Source: an uncultured virus (IMG/VR IMGVR_UViG_2872830528_000001)
Lineage: Duplodnaviria > Heunggongvirae > Uroviricota > Caudoviricetes
Reading direction: 5' to 3' (one strand)
IMG/VR virus record: IMGVR_UViG_2872830528_000001
Length of the DNA: 20,000 bases
Part shown: one piece after another, positions 1 to 9,678 of the stretch
Layout of the letters: each line of letters begins with the position of its first letter
Numbering within the stretch: position 1 is the stretch's first letter
Notes under the pieces: generated by a model
Databases searched by the model: none
What the model was told of the DNA's origin: nothing
What the model saw: only the letters and a program-made list of their open reading frames with translations
Program-made: the position numbers and the translations under genes

Positions 1-56
1 CGCAGCACGGGCGAGAGCCCGTGCCGTCTCAGTAGAAGCCCAGTAAGGAGGCGGCG

Positions 57-473
57 GTGACTTTCGTACCCCCGACGGCTGAGGAGCTGGGCCTCTATCT
101 GGGCCTGGCGGAGATCGACGGCGAGCGGGCTGACCTGCTGATCAAGCAGGCTGTCGCACTGGCCGAGTCGGTGGTGAAGCCGCTTCCCGATCAGGCCACG
201 GCAGTAGTCCTCTCGGTCGCCGGCCGTGCCTACATCAACCCGCAGCAGGTCACCTACGAGACGATCGGGCCGCAGTCTGTGCAGCGCCCGGCCGGGTCTG
301 GCGGCTTGTACCTCACGAAGGCGGACAAGGCGGCTCTGAAGGCTTTGGCCGGTAGGGGCGGGGCCTTCACGGTCGACCCGACTCCCGACGAGGCGACAGC
401 GTCGCCTACGTGGCCGGTGATCGACGGGCGAGTTCCGGGTGAGCCTTACGAACCAGGCTGGGGGTACCGCTGA
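57..473 (+). CDS. Head-to-tail adaptor (actinophage gp15/gp19-like)
   Basis: GTG start after AAGGAGG (45-51); 138 aa with 'RAYINPQQVTYETIGPQSV...GGLYLT' pattern typical of actinophage adaptors; first in the neck module. Confidence 0.75.
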   Translation: MTFVPPTAEELGLYLGLAEIDGERADLLIKQAVALAESVVKPLPDQATAVVLSVAGRAYINPQQVTYETIGPQSVQRPAGSGGLYLTKADKAALKALAGRGGAFTVDPTPDEATASPTWPVIDGRVPGEPYEPGWGYR

Positions 474-835
474 TGCCCGGCCCGTACCCGTTCGGCGAGA
501 CCGTGGTACGTCTACGGCGCGGGCCCTCGCCAGGCCGTGATCCTCGAGGCCAGCCGATCCCAGGCCCTCTCGTCGAGACCCTGGTCCTGGGGTGTGTGGT
601 GACTCCCCGCCAGGCGGCTCCTCAGGTCGGCGGCGACGAACAGCAGGCCCGGGACACGGTGATCGTCGGCTGGACGGTGTACGCCCCGCCCGGCACGAAC
701 TGGCTGACCACCGACCAGGTCAGGATCCGCGGCGAGACGTGCGAGATCACGGGCGAGCCGGGCGACTGGGGACGCTCGGTGTTCACCGGCACCGCGGGGC
801 CTGTGCAGTTCGCGGCAGACCGCGTCACCGGATAG
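473..835 (+). CDS. Head-to-tail stopper / head closure protein
   Basis: TGATG stop/start overlap; 120 aa with 'GRDPRGQP...TVYAPPG...TDQVRIRGETCEITGEPGDW' beta-rich stopper pattern; synteny. Confidence 0.75.
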   Translation: MPGPYPFGETVVRLRRGPSPGRDPRGQPIPGPLVETLVLGCVVTPRQAAPQVGGDEQQARDTVIVGWTVYAPPGTNWLTTDQVRIRGETCEITGEPGDWGRSVFTGTAGPVQFAADRVTG

Positions 836-858
836 CCAACCGAGACAAGGAGGCTGCC

Positions 859-1188
859 GTGGCCGCAGCTCGTTTCAGGATGTCCAGGCGGGGAGTGGGG
901 CAGCTCCTGCGCAGCGACCTGGTGCTCGCTGAGATGGTCCGCCGCGCTGAGGTCATCAAGGGAGTCGCGGAGGCTATCGCGCCTGTCGGCGGCCCAGAGG
1001 ATCCGCACCGCGGCCTGTACAAGGACAGCTTTTTCGTGCAGCCGGTACGCCGCGGTGGCCGGCGACGGGATCGAGCTGTCGCGGTCGTGGGCAACACGGC
1101 TCCCCACGGGGCGCACGTCGAGTACGGCACGGAACGTGTCCGCGCCCACCACGTCCTTCTGCGCGCCGCTCAGGCAGGCGGCCGCTGA
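859..1188 (+). CDS. HK97 gp10-like neck/tail completion protein
   Basis: True start is probably GTG at 859 after AAGGAGG (not 592); 109 aa containing 'GLYKDSF...NTAPHGAHVEYGT...HHVLLRAA'. Confidence 0.7.
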   Translation: MAAARFRMSRRGVGQLLRSDLVLAEMVRRAEVIKGVAEAIAPVGGPEDPHRGLYKDSFFVQPVRRGGRRRDRAVAVVGNTAPHGAHVEYGTERVRAHHVLLRAAQAGGR

Positions 1189-1589
1189 TGGCGGCGGTCG
1201 GGAGCGTCGACATCGAGCTTGAGCTCATCCAGTGGCTCCAGGCCCGAACCGGGCCGGATGTCGTCGTCCGCGACGAGGTCGACAACCGTCTCCTTGGCGA
1301 ACTCCCCACGATCCAGGTCCAGCGGCTGCCTGCTGGCGGTGACGACGGCATCCGGCTCGACAGAGCCTTGGTTGACGTCGACGTCTACCACTCGACTCGG
1401 GCCGCGGCCATCGCTCTGGCCGCCCAGGTCCGGGGCTGGCTGCTTACGGACCTGCCCGGCAGCGTCACCGCCGCTGCCGTCTTCGGCCGGGTCACCTCGT
1501 CACCTCCGCCGGCAGTCCGCCCCTACGAGAACACGGCTCTGCGCCGAGTGGGCGCCACCTACGAAATCTACAGTCACCCGGTCTCCTGA
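1188..1589 (+). CDS. Tail terminator protein
   Basis: TGATG overlap; 133 aa 'LPTIQVQRLPAGGDDGIRLDRALVDVDVY' pattern; sits directly before the major tail protein. Confidence 0.75.
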   Translation: MAAVGSVDIELELIQWLQARTGPDVVVRDEVDNRLLGELPTIQVQRLPAGGDDGIRLDRALVDVDVYHSTRAAAIALAAQVRGWLLTDLPGSVTAAAVFGRVTSSPPPAVRPYENTALRRVGATYEIYSHPVS

Positions 1590-1658
1590 CCGGCCTGGGC
1601 CCGCGCCGGACCCATCAGCTCCCGCCCGTGCGCGGGCTTCCTCACGTCTGGAGACGTC

Positions 1659-2243
1659 ATGGTCAACATCACCCGCGCCGCGGACCTGCTCGAGGTCGGC
1701 GCCAACGGAGGCGGCTGGGTCGCGCCGCTCGGCACCGCATCGCCCGGCGACCCGCAGGTCCAGCCGCTCGCCCCCTGGCTCCCGCTCGGCGCCCTGTCCG
1801 ACGATGGCCTCGTCCAGGGCTTCGAGGAGGACTCCCAGTCGTTCACGCCGTGGGGGTACACGTCGCCGATCCGGACGACGATCACCAGCTCCATCAGGAC
1901 GTTCGCTGTGACCGCCTGGGAGACAGGACGGACCACGGTGCAGTCCCTGCAGTACCGCATCCCGGTCGAGGAGCTGGAGCCGGCGTCGGGCCTGACGACG
2001 TTCGCCGAGACCGCGTCGCCGGTGCCGGACCGCCGAGCCTTCTGGTTCGTCGTCCTGGACGGTGAGCTGCAGCGCGGCTTCTACATCCCGCAGGGCGAGA
2101 TCACCGAGAGGTCGGACGTCACTCACAAGCAGGACGAGGTCGCCGGCTTCCAGTGGACGATCACGTCCTACCCGGACGAGTCCGGGAACACGGTCTACCA
2201 CGCCGACCGCGTCCCGGCGACCCCCGCCTACACGGGTTCCTGA
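1659..2243 (+). CDS. Major tail (tube) protein
   Basis: GGAG RBS; 194 aa with 'LGALSDDGL...FTPWG...GEITERSDVTHKQDEVAGFQWTITSYPD' typical of actinophage tail tube proteins; synteny. Confidence 0.88.
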   Translation: MVNITRAADLLEVGANGGGWVAPLGTASPGDPQVQPLAPWLPLGALSDDGLVQGFEEDSQSFTPWGYTSPIRTTITSSIRTFAVTAWETGRTTVQSLQYRIPVEELEPASGLTTFAETASPVPDRRAFWFVVLDGELQRGFYIPQGEITERSDVTHKQDEVAGFQWTITSYPDESGNTVYHADRVPATPAYTGS

Positions 2244-2246
2244 TCG

Positions 2247-2291
2247 GGTGGACGGGCCGTCAACCGTCGGCGCGGGCCCGGCCCGTCCACC
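2247..2291 (+). terminator. 13-bp GC-rich stem-loop between major tail and chaperone genes (attenuator / mRNA stabiliser)
   Basis: GGTGGACGGGCCG (2247-2259) is the perfect reverse complement of CGGCCCGTCCACC (2279-2291). Confidence 0.6.
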
Positions 2292-2330
2292 TGCACTTCG
2301 CCCGCGCCATCAACCTAGGAGGTCCGCGCC

Positions 2331-2657
2331 ATGACCGCACAGAGCACCACGCCTGCCACGGCTCAGGAAGCCGAAGCCGAGGGGCACTTCATCACCACTC
2401 AACTCGCCGGCAAGGACGTCGAGGTCGTCCCGGGCGGAGCCTGGCGCCAGTCCACCATGCGCAAGCTGCGGGCCGGCGACATCGACGGCTTCATGGAGGA
2501 CGTGCTGAGCCCCGATTCCTACGAGATGTACCTGGACCTCGATCCCACCAACGACGAGGTCGGCGAGTTCGCCAACGCGGCTGGCGAGGCGTCGGGCGAG
2601 ACGATGGGAAAGTCCAGTGGACCGTCGGCATCGTCGAGGCGCACGCGGAGGAAGTAG
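2331..2657 (+). CDS. Tail assembly chaperone, short form (lambda gpG analogue)
   Basis: AGGAGG RBS; 108 aa; lies between major tail and tape measure genes; contains slippery heptamer GGGAAAG at 2606-2612. Confidence 0.88.
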   Translation: MTAQSTTPATAQEAEAEGHFITTQLAGKDVEVVPGGAWRQSTMRKLRAGDIDGFMEDVLSPDSYEMYLDLDPTNDEVGEFANAAGEASGETMGKSSGPSASSRRTRRK

Positions 2658-3076
2658 AGGCCGACCTGGCCCGCTACTACCCCCGCGACTCCGACCAGAT
2701 CGACGCCTGGTGGCGGGGCGAGATGACCTCCCGCCGGCTGCGGGTGCTGATCCAGCACTTGCCTCCGGAGTCGTCGACGATGACCGCGCTACGCAACGCC
2801 CTCACGCCGGAAGAGCTTGAGGCACAGGCGGACGAGGGGCAGCCAGAGAAGGGCCGCTGGTCGCAGGACCAGCAGCTGCTCGCGTCCTGCTACGACGCGC
2901 TGCGGCGAATCGAGCACGTCCTGATCTGCGTGAACACGGAGAAGAAGGCGGCATGGCCGGCTCGTCCGGAGCCCCTGCGACGCCCCGGGGCCGCCCCGAA
3001 GAAGGCCAAGACGGCGCGGCTCACGCAGTCCAACGCGGACCGGTTGTTCTCGCTCATCAACGGAGGCGCGGCCTGA
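2331..3076 (+). CDS. Tail assembly chaperone, long form via -1 programmed frameshift (gpGT analogue), ~248 aa
   Basis: G GGA AAG (2606-2612) in frame; the -1 frame is open to TGA 3074-3076 and reads GK-VQWTVGIVEAHAEEVEADLARYY...LRVLIQHLPPES. Confidence 0.85.
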
Positions 3077-3098
3077 CGCGCTGAGGGGAGGCCTCCCG

Positions 3099-6000
3099 AT
3101 GGCGATCCAGGTCGGCTCCGTCGAGGTTGATGTCGTCCCGAACACTCGCGGCATCTACGCCCAACTGCGGGCAGGTCTTGTGCCGGCAGCCACCCGAGCT
3201 GGCGAGGATGCCGGTGCAGCGGCGGGGCGAAGCTTCGGGCCGGCCATGCAGCGGCAGGTCGGTGACGTCGGCCTGCGGATCGGGGAGGAGATCGGGCAGC
3301 AGATCGCTACCCGCCTCACCGCGTCGCTGCGGGATTCGGTCCGCGACGGCGTCAACCAGGCGGGACGCACCGCGCGGCCTGCCGCCACCCGCCAGGGCGA
3401 CGAGACAGCCGGGGCGTTCTCCAGGGCTCTCAGGACCCGCCTGGAGGCCGCCTTCAGGGCGCTTCCCCGGCTCACGATCGACGCCGATACGTCTGAGGCG
3501 GACTCCGACCTTCAGGCCCTGCGCTTCCGTATGGAGACGCTGGCCAACCAGCGCATCGGCATCGACATCGAGGCCACTGACGCTCGCGCCGAAATCCGCC
3601 TCATCGAGGCGGAGCTGACCCGTCTCGGCGCCAGCCACCCGAACGTACAGGTCCGGGCGGATACGGCAAGGGCTCTGGCCGAGCTCGGCGCCGTCCATGC
3701 GGCCATCGACGCCGTCGACGGGAAGCGGGCACGCATCGACGTCGACACGGCCGGCGCGACGTCAGCGGTCCTCCACCTCGCTGTGGCGATCGGCGGTCTC
3801 GCGGCGCTTCCCGCGATCCCCGTTCTCGCTGCAGGTATCGGGGCGATCGGCTCGGCTGCCATCGCGGCGGGCGTCGGCGTGGGCGCGCTAGCTGCCGTCG
3901 CAATCCCGGCCTTCGTCGGCATAGCAGGCGCCCTGCAGGCTCAGAAGGCCGCCCAAGACGCTGCGACTGCCTCGTCGCTCAAGGGCGCCCAGGCGGCCAG
4001 TCAAGGCGCGGCTCAGGTGCTGCAGATGGCCGGCGCGCAGCAGGCACTGGCGGCGGCTGAGCGAAACGGCGCACGCCAGGTGGCGCAGGCACAGCAGCAG
4101 GTCCGGCAGGCTCGCGTCGCGGCTGCGGATGCGGTCGTGCAGGCCGCAGAACGGAACGCTCAGGCGGCTCGCGCAATCGAGGACGCCGAGCGGTCCCTGG
4201 CCCGCTCCCAGAAGGACGCCAAGCGCGCGCAGGAAGACCTCACGGATGCCCGTCGGGAGGCGGCGCAGGAGCTCGAGGATTTGAACTCCCGCCTGGCAGG
4301 AGCCGAGCTGTCCCAGAGGGACGCTGTGCTTGGCGTGAAGGAGGCTCAGGCCGAGCTCAACGCCACCATGCGGGACGCCAGCGCGTCGCAGATCGACAAG
4401 GACCGTGCCCAGCTCGCCTACGACCAGGCTGTGCAGCGCCTCAAGGAGCAGTCCACCGAGACCAAGCGGCTCAAGCAGGAGACCACGGAGGCGAACCGGG
4501 CGGGCATCGAGGGGTCGGACACGGTTCGCTCAGCGCAGGAGCGACTCGCTGACGCTCAGCAGGAAGTGGCCGACAAGTCGCGCGCGGTACGGGACGCGCA
4601 GATCGAGGCCGCTCGGACGCAGGTCGAGACTGCCCGGCAGATCGCTCAAGCCCAGGAGCGGGTCGGCGAAGCAACGGCGAATGTGGCCCAGGCGCAGCAG
4701 TCCGCTGCTGAGGCAGTGGCTTCCGCCCAGCGCCAGATCGCCTCCGCGTCGCTCTCGGCGGCCGGAGGCATAGATCAGGCTGCCCTGGCGCAGGCGAAAT
4801 ACCAGGCGGCCCTCGACAAGCTGTCTCCGTCGGCGCGGGCAACGTTCGACGCCTTCCAGTCCCTGCGGACGATGTTCAAGGCATGGTCGACAGCGCTGCA
4901 GCCGCAGGTCATGCCCATCTTCACCCGTGCCCTTGAGGGCCTGAAGAACAGCCTGCCGGGGCTCACGCCGTTCGTCATGGCCGCGGCGCGGGCCATCGGA
5001 GACCTGCAGGACCGGGTCTCTCGAGGCTTCAAGTCGCCTTGGTGGCTGCAGTTCAAGAAGGACCTGGCCGGCTCGGTGTACCCGGCTCTCATCGGGTTCG
5101 GAGTCGGCTTCGGCCGGATCTTCAAGGGCGCGGCCGGCATCGTCCAGGCATTTCTGCCGCACATGGACTCCATCAGCCAGCGGATGCAGGACATCACAGG
5201 CAGGTTCGCGACCTGGGGCACTGGCCTGAAGGGCTCGGAGAAGTTTGAGCGCTTCCTCGCCTACGCCTCCAAGCAGGGGCCGATCCTTGCTGGGGTCCTG
5301 GGCGACATCGGCTCGGCTCTCTACCAGATCGCGAAGGCTGCTGCGCCGCTGTCCGGGCCGGTCCTCACCGCGCTGGGTGCGGTGGCTTCGGCGCTGGCAA
5401 GCATCGCCGAGACGCTCCCGTGGCTGATCCAGCTGATGTACGCGGCGTGGGTGGTGACGAAGCTGTGGACGCTCGCGATGATCGCGTTCAATCTCGTGTT
5501 GGCGGCCAACCCCATCACGTTGATCATCATCGGGATCGTGGCCCTCGTCGCCGCGGTCGTCTACGCCTACAAGCACTTCGGTTGGTTCCGGGACACCGTT
5601 CAGGCAGTGTGGGCAGGCATCCAGGTCGCTGCGAAGTGGGCGTGGGAGAACGTCCTCAAGCCGGTGTTCGCGGCTCTGGTGGTCGCGTTCAAGGTGGTCG
5701 CGGCAGCTGCGGTGTGGCTGTGGCAGACGATCCTCAAGCCCGTCTTCACGTTCATCGCCGACGCGGCCGCGATCCTCGCCACCGTCGTCCTGACGATCCT
5801 CATCGCGCCCTTGGTGCTCGCCTTCAAGGCTCTGGCCGCGGTTGCCGAGTGGCTGTGGAACAACGTCTTGGCGCCCGCCTTCAAGGGCATCGCGAAGGAC
5901 GCCACATGGCTGTGGCAGACGATCCTGAAGCCTGTCTTCCAGGCGATTGCCGCGGCGCTGAGGTGGCTGTGGGAGAACGTGGCTAAGCCTGTCTTCGAGC

Positions 6001-7442
6001 ACTTCAAGAGGGGCTTCAAGCAGCTCGGCGAGGTGGCGAAGTGGGTGTGGGGCAACGCCCTGCAGCCCGTGCTCGGCTGGATCGGCGACAAGGCCAACTG
6101 GCTCTGGCAGAGAGCCCTCAAGCCCGCCTTCGCCAACATCAAGACGGGCATCGAATCCGTCGGGAAGAGCTTCGACTCCGCCCGCGGCTTCATCGACCAG
6201 GCCTGGTCGAAGATCGCTGACATAGCGAAGAAGCCCGTCCGCTTCATCATCGACAAAATCTACAACGCGGGCATCGTGCCGACCTGGAACTTGATCGCGA
6301 AGGCGTTCGGCGCCCCCGCGATCGAGAAGATGGAAACCAAGGGCTGGGCACGTGGCGGCATCCTCCCCGGACAGTCCTCATTCCGGCAGGGCGACGACCA
6401 GCTCGTACCGATGCGCCGCGGCGAAGGCGTCTACGTCTCGGAGGCCATGCGGGACCCCTACGAACGGGCCCGACTCCACGCCGTCAACCGTGCGGCGATG
6501 GCCGGGAAGCCGCTGGACCAGTACCAGGGGTTCGCCCGCGGCGGCATCTTCGACTGGGTAGGCGACGCCACGTCCAAGGTGGTCGACCTCGCCCAGACGG
6601 GCGCGTCATGGCTGAAGGACGGCGTCAAGGCGTCCGCAACCGCAGGCCTGAACAGTGTGGTGGAACCGCTGATCAAGCGGATCTCCGGATCGGCGTCGCT
6701 GTACCGCGACATGGTCACCGGCATCCCCCGCAAGATCGTGAAGACGATCGTGGGATTCTCCGGGGAGGCCGACGAGCGGCTCGAGGCGGCCGGTATCGGC
6801 GGCGGCGGGTTTACTCGCGGCCTGTCCTGGGCTCGGACCCAGGCAGGCCTGCCCTACCAGTGGGGCGGCAACGGCAACCCCAGCTGGGACTGCTCAGGCC
6901 TCGTCTCCGCCATCGAGTCCGTGATCCGCGGCCAGACCCCTCACCGCCGATGGGCCACAGGCGCCTTCTCCGGCAAGACAGCCCCGCCCGGATGGGTCCT
7001 GAACGGCCGCAGCCCCTACCGCATCGGCATCACGAACGCCGGCGTCGGCCACACCGCAGGAACGATCAACGGCGTCAACGTCGAGTCCCGCGGAGGCGAC
7101 GGGGTCGTCATCGGGAAGGGGGCCAGGGCCTGGAACGACAAGCTGTTCACCCACCACTACGCCTACCAGGGCACATTCGACAGCGGCGGCTACCTGCAGC
7201 CGGGCCTGAACCTCGCCTACAACGGCACCGGCCGGCCCGAGCCCGTCTTCACCATGGCGCAGGCCAACGCCCTCACCAGGGCGGCAAGCCAGGGGCCGGG
7301 CGGGCTGCAGCCGGGCGACGCCCTTGCTCTCGTCGTCGACGGCCACGAGTTCACCGCCTACGTCGACGACCGGGCGAACCTGCAGGTCTCGAACACGCTG
7401 ATGCCCGCGATCGCCGCAGCACGCGCAGGCAGGAAGGGGTAG
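3099..7442 (+). CDS. Tape measure protein with C-terminal NlpC/P60 peptidoglycan hydrolase domain
   Basis: 1447 aa, Ala/Gln-rich coiled coil, hydrophobic segments, repeated WLWxxxLKPVF motifs; C-terminal 'GLPYQWGG...WDCSGLV...GHTAG' NlpC/P60 signature. Confidence 0.95.
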   Translation: MAIQVGSVEVDVVPNTRGIYAQLRAGLVPAATRAGEDAGAAAGRSFGPAMQRQVGDVGLRIGEEIGQQIATRLTASLRDSVRDGVNQAGRTARPAATRQGDETAGAFSRALRTRLEAAFRALPRLTIDADTSEADSDLQALRFRMETLANQRIGIDIEATDARAEIRLIEAELTRLGASHPNVQVRADTARALAELGAVHAAIDAVDGKRARIDVDTAGATSAVLHLAVAIGGLAALPAIPVLAAGIGAIGSAAIAAGVGVGALAAVAIPAFVGIAGALQAQKAAQDAATASSLKGAQAASQGAAQVLQMAGAQQALAAAERNGARQVAQAQQQVRQARVAAADAVVQAAERNAQAARAIEDAERSLARSQKDAKRAQEDLTDARREAAQELEDLNSRLAGAELSQRDAVLGVKEAQAELNATMRDASASQIDKDRAQLAYDQAVQRLKEQSTETKRLKQETTEANRAGIEGSDTVRSAQERLADAQQEVADKSRAVRDAQIEAARTQVETARQIAQAQERVGEATANVAQAQQSAAEAVASAQRQIASASLSAAGGIDQAALAQAKYQAALDKLSPSARATFDAFQSLRTMFKAWSTALQPQVMPIFTRALEGLKNSLPGLTPFVMAAARAIGDLQDRVSRGFKSPWWLQFKKDLAGSVYPALIGFGVGFGRIFKGAAGIVQAFLPHMDSISQRMQDITGRFATWGTGLKGSEKFERFLAYASKQGPILAGVLGDIGSALYQIAKAAAPLSGPVLTALGAVASALASIAETLPWLIQLMYAAWVVTKLWTLAMIAFNLVLAANPITLIIIGIVALVAAVVYAYKHFGWFRDTVQAVWAGIQVAAKWAWENVLKPVFAALVVAFKVVAAAAVWLWQTILKPVFTFIADAAAILATVVLTILIAPLVLAFKALAAVAEWLWNNVLAPAFKGIAKDATWLWQTILKPVFQAIAAALRWLWENVAKPVFEHFKRGFKQLGEVAKWVWGNALQPVLGWIGDKANWLWQRALKPAFANIKTGIESVGKSFDSARGFIDQAWSKIADIAKKPVRFIIDKIYNAGIVPTWNLIAKAFGAPAIEKMETKGWARGGILPGQSSFRQGDDQLVPMRRGEGVYVSEAMRDPYERARLHAVNRAAMAGKPLDQYQGFARGGIFDWVGDATSKVVDLAQTGASWLKDGVKASATAGLNSVVEPLIKRISGSASLYRDMVTGIPRKIVKTIVGFSGEADERLEAAGIGGGGFTRGLSWARTQAGLPYQWGGNGNPSWDCSGLVSAIESVIRGQTPHRRWATGAFSGKTAPPGWVLNGRSPYRIGITNAGVGHTAGTINGVNVESRGGDGVVIGKGARAWNDKLFTHHYAYQGTFDSGGYLQPGLNLAYNGTGRPEPVFTMAQANALTRAASQGPGGLQPGDALALVVDGHEFTAYVDDRANLQVSNTLMPAIAAARAGRKG

Positions 7443-7445
7443 AGC

Positions 7446-9677
7446 ATGGCGATCCCCGGCAACTTCCTCAGCGAGTCGACATCGTCGATGGATCCGGCCA
7501 TCACCGGCTGGACTCCGAAGACGAACTGCACGCTGCTCATGGGCACCGGCGGCCGGGTTGGTGACGGCTGCCTGACCATGAAGTCGGTGGCGGCTGGGGA
7601 GATGCAGTGCCGCACGGTCTCTTCGTATGCGGTGGTCGCGGGCAACGACTACGAGGTGTTCGCGGACGCGGCGGGCGGCACCGTTCCGGAGCGCATCGGC
7701 ATCCGGTGGATGACCGCCTCGAACGTGGAGATCAGCGTCAGCTGGTCGATGACGACGTCCTCGGCGTCGGCGTCGTGGCACCGGATCGCGGTCACCGCCA
7801 CGGCTCCGACCGACGCCACCATGGCGCAGGTGCTGTTCTCCTCGACGCCCGCCGCCGGCGCCGTGTCCTCGTATCTGGAGAACGTGTACTTCGGCCTCCC
7901 GATCCGGACCGGCGGCAACCTGCTGACGCACGGCGCAGAAGGCCACGAGCTGGCGACCAACTGGCCTTATGTCGCGGCGACGAACTGCTCGATCGCCCGG
8001 ACCATGCCGCCCGTTTCCTGGCCGACGATCAACTATGTCGGCGGCGGGGCAGTCGCGACGATGACCGTTACCGCCAACGGCGACGCGTCGTTCAGGTGTA
8101 CTGAGCAGGCGCTGGTCACGCCCGGCCAGGAGTATCTGGCTTCCTCGCACCTGAATCCGCCGACCAGCGGGTCCACCGCCTGGATCGAGCTCCGGTTCTA
8201 CGACGCGGCGCACTCCCAGATCCAGGCCACTCGGGCGAATCTGGCTGCGCCGGGCACGAACTACTACATGCAGTCTGTCTCCGACGTGGCGCCGCCCACG
8301 GCCGTCTATGCGTCGGTCGCCTTCGGGCTGACGGGCGCCACCGCGGGGCAGGTGCTGCGCACCGACACCTCGGCCATTACCGTCGCTCCCGTCCTGGTGA
8401 CGGACTCCGTTGTCCCTTACTCCGACACAAGCTTCGAGGCGGGAGTGGGGACCTGGACGGTCGTTTCTGGCGTGGCCACTCTGGGCCGCACCTCTCCGTG
8501 GGCGCCTTCGATCGACGCCTTCTACGCGATGACGATCACGTCGTCGACCGCGACCACATCCGTGATCCGGTCCGGTCGGTACCCCCTCCCTGACGGAGAG
8601 GTGAACTTCCGGTCCTCTCTCACGGCGACAGTCACCGCTGGCGGGTGGACCCTGACACGCGGACTGCGCTGGTACGACGCAGCCAATGCCAGCCTCGGCC
8701 TGACTACGGGCCTTGCGGGTGCTGCGCCGACACCGGGCTGGTGGAAACTCTCCAACGACTTCGTCCGGCCCGTAGGGGCCACGCAGGTCGCATTCGAATG
8801 GACCCTCGTAGCGACGGCGCCATCCTCCGTTCTGCGGGTCGATGTTGCAGCGATCTGGCCCGTCTTGCCGGCATTCGAGGTCGAACCGGACGATGCCACC
8901 GGATCGGTCAGGATCACGCTCCGAGAGCTGAACCTCGGCGACGCCGTCAGCCTGTGGCGCGTCACTCCGGACGGCCGCAGAACGCACGTGCGCGGCACCG
9001 CAGGGCTCATCAGCGGTACGACGGTGACCTCCAGCTCCATGGTGATCGAGGACTACGAGGCGCCACTGGGCATACCGGTCTACTACTACGCGGAGATGCT
9101 TGCTCCGGGAGCAACGTTGGCAAGCCATCGCACAAGCGACACGGTGACGATCAGTCTCGCCGACCGTAACGAGTGCTGGCTGAAGGACCCCGGTAACCCG
9201 CAGCGAAATCTGCGAGTCCTGGTGAAGCAGGGCCCCAACTGGCAGCGCCCGATCGCCCAAGCGGAGTACCGCGTCAGGGGCCGGCGTAACAGCGTCGTCC
9301 TGTCCGACGTCCGGGGCGGACTCGAGGGCGGCCTTGCCCTCTGGACGCGCACCGACGAGGAACGTGGAGCCCTGCACTGGCTCCTCGACTCCGGCAACGT
9401 CCTCCTGTGGCAGGCCATGCCGGGGATGGGCGTCTCCGACATGTACGTCAACGTGGGCCAGGTCGACGAGGCGCGGGTCACGTCCTACGCGCCGGAGCCG
9501 TGGCGAGAGTGGCAGCTGCCGCTGCGGGAGGCCGACATGCCGACCACGGTCGGCGTCGCCGGGTCGGCGGGCCGTACCTGGCAGGACGTCCTCACCGAGA
9601 ACGCCACGTGGGAGGACGTTCTGAACCGGTACGCCACGTGGGAGGACGTCTTCCTCAACCGTCCGATCGGGGGGTGA
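7446..9677 (+). CDS. Minor tail protein: three N-terminal carbohydrate-binding-like repeats plus a C-terminal distal-tail (Dit)-like region
   Basis: 743 aa directly after the TMP; three ~155-aa Thr/Ser-rich beta units (GNFLSE../GNLLTH../DSVVPYSDTSFEAG); C-terminal 'DYEAPLGIPVYY...WLKDPGNP' pattern of actinophage minor tail proteins. Confidence 0.7.
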   Translation: MAIPGNFLSESTSSMDPAITGWTPKTNCTLLMGTGGRVGDGCLTMKSVAAGEMQCRTVSSYAVVAGNDYEVFADAAGGTVPERIGIRWMTASNVEISVSWSMTTSSASASWHRIAVTATAPTDATMAQVLFSSTPAAGAVSSYLENVYFGLPIRTGGNLLTHGAEGHELATNWPYVAATNCSIARTMPPVSWPTINYVGGGAVATMTVTANGDASFRCTEQALVTPGQEYLASSHLNPPTSGSTAWIELRFYDAAHSQIQATRANLAAPGTNYYMQSVSDVAPPTAVYASVAFGLTGATAGQVLRTDTSAITVAPVLVTDSVVPYSDTSFEAGVGTWTVVSGVATLGRTSPWAPSIDAFYAMTITSSTATTSVIRSGRYPLPDGEVNFRSSLTATVTAGGWTLTRGLRWYDAANASLGLTTGLAGAAPTPGWWKLSNDFVRPVGATQVAFEWTLVATAPSSVLRVDVAAIWPVLPAFEVEPDDATGSVRITLRELNLGDAVSLWRVTPDGRRTHVRGTAGLISGTTVTSSSMVIEDYEAPLGIPVYYYAEMLAPGATLASHRTSDTVTISLADRNECWLKDPGNPQRNLRVLVKQGPNWQRPIAQAEYRVRGRRNSVVLSDVRGGLEGGLALWTRTDEERGALHWLLDSGNVLLWQAMPGMGVSDMYVNVGQVDEARVTSYAPEPWREWQLPLREADMPTTVGVAGSAGRTWQDVLTENATWEDVLNRYATWEDVFLNRPIGG

Positions 9678-9678
9678 C

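Noticed and set aside
1..46. 3' end of an upstream phage gene
   Set aside because: Too short to choose a frame reliably (stops at 33-35 or 44-46)
2153..2611. 5' part of the 307-aa ORF 2153..3076
   Set aside because: Only the part after the slippery site is credible; the upstream part overlaps the major tail and chaperone genes out of frame
4530..6002. 490-aa ORF on the - strand with apparent repeats
   Set aside because: Mirror of the tape measure WLW..LKPVF repeats
9580..9660. 30-bp-period direct repeats as a CRISPR or DGR element
   Set aside because: In-frame coding repeat (TWEDV) with no spacers, cas genes or reverse transcriptase nearby
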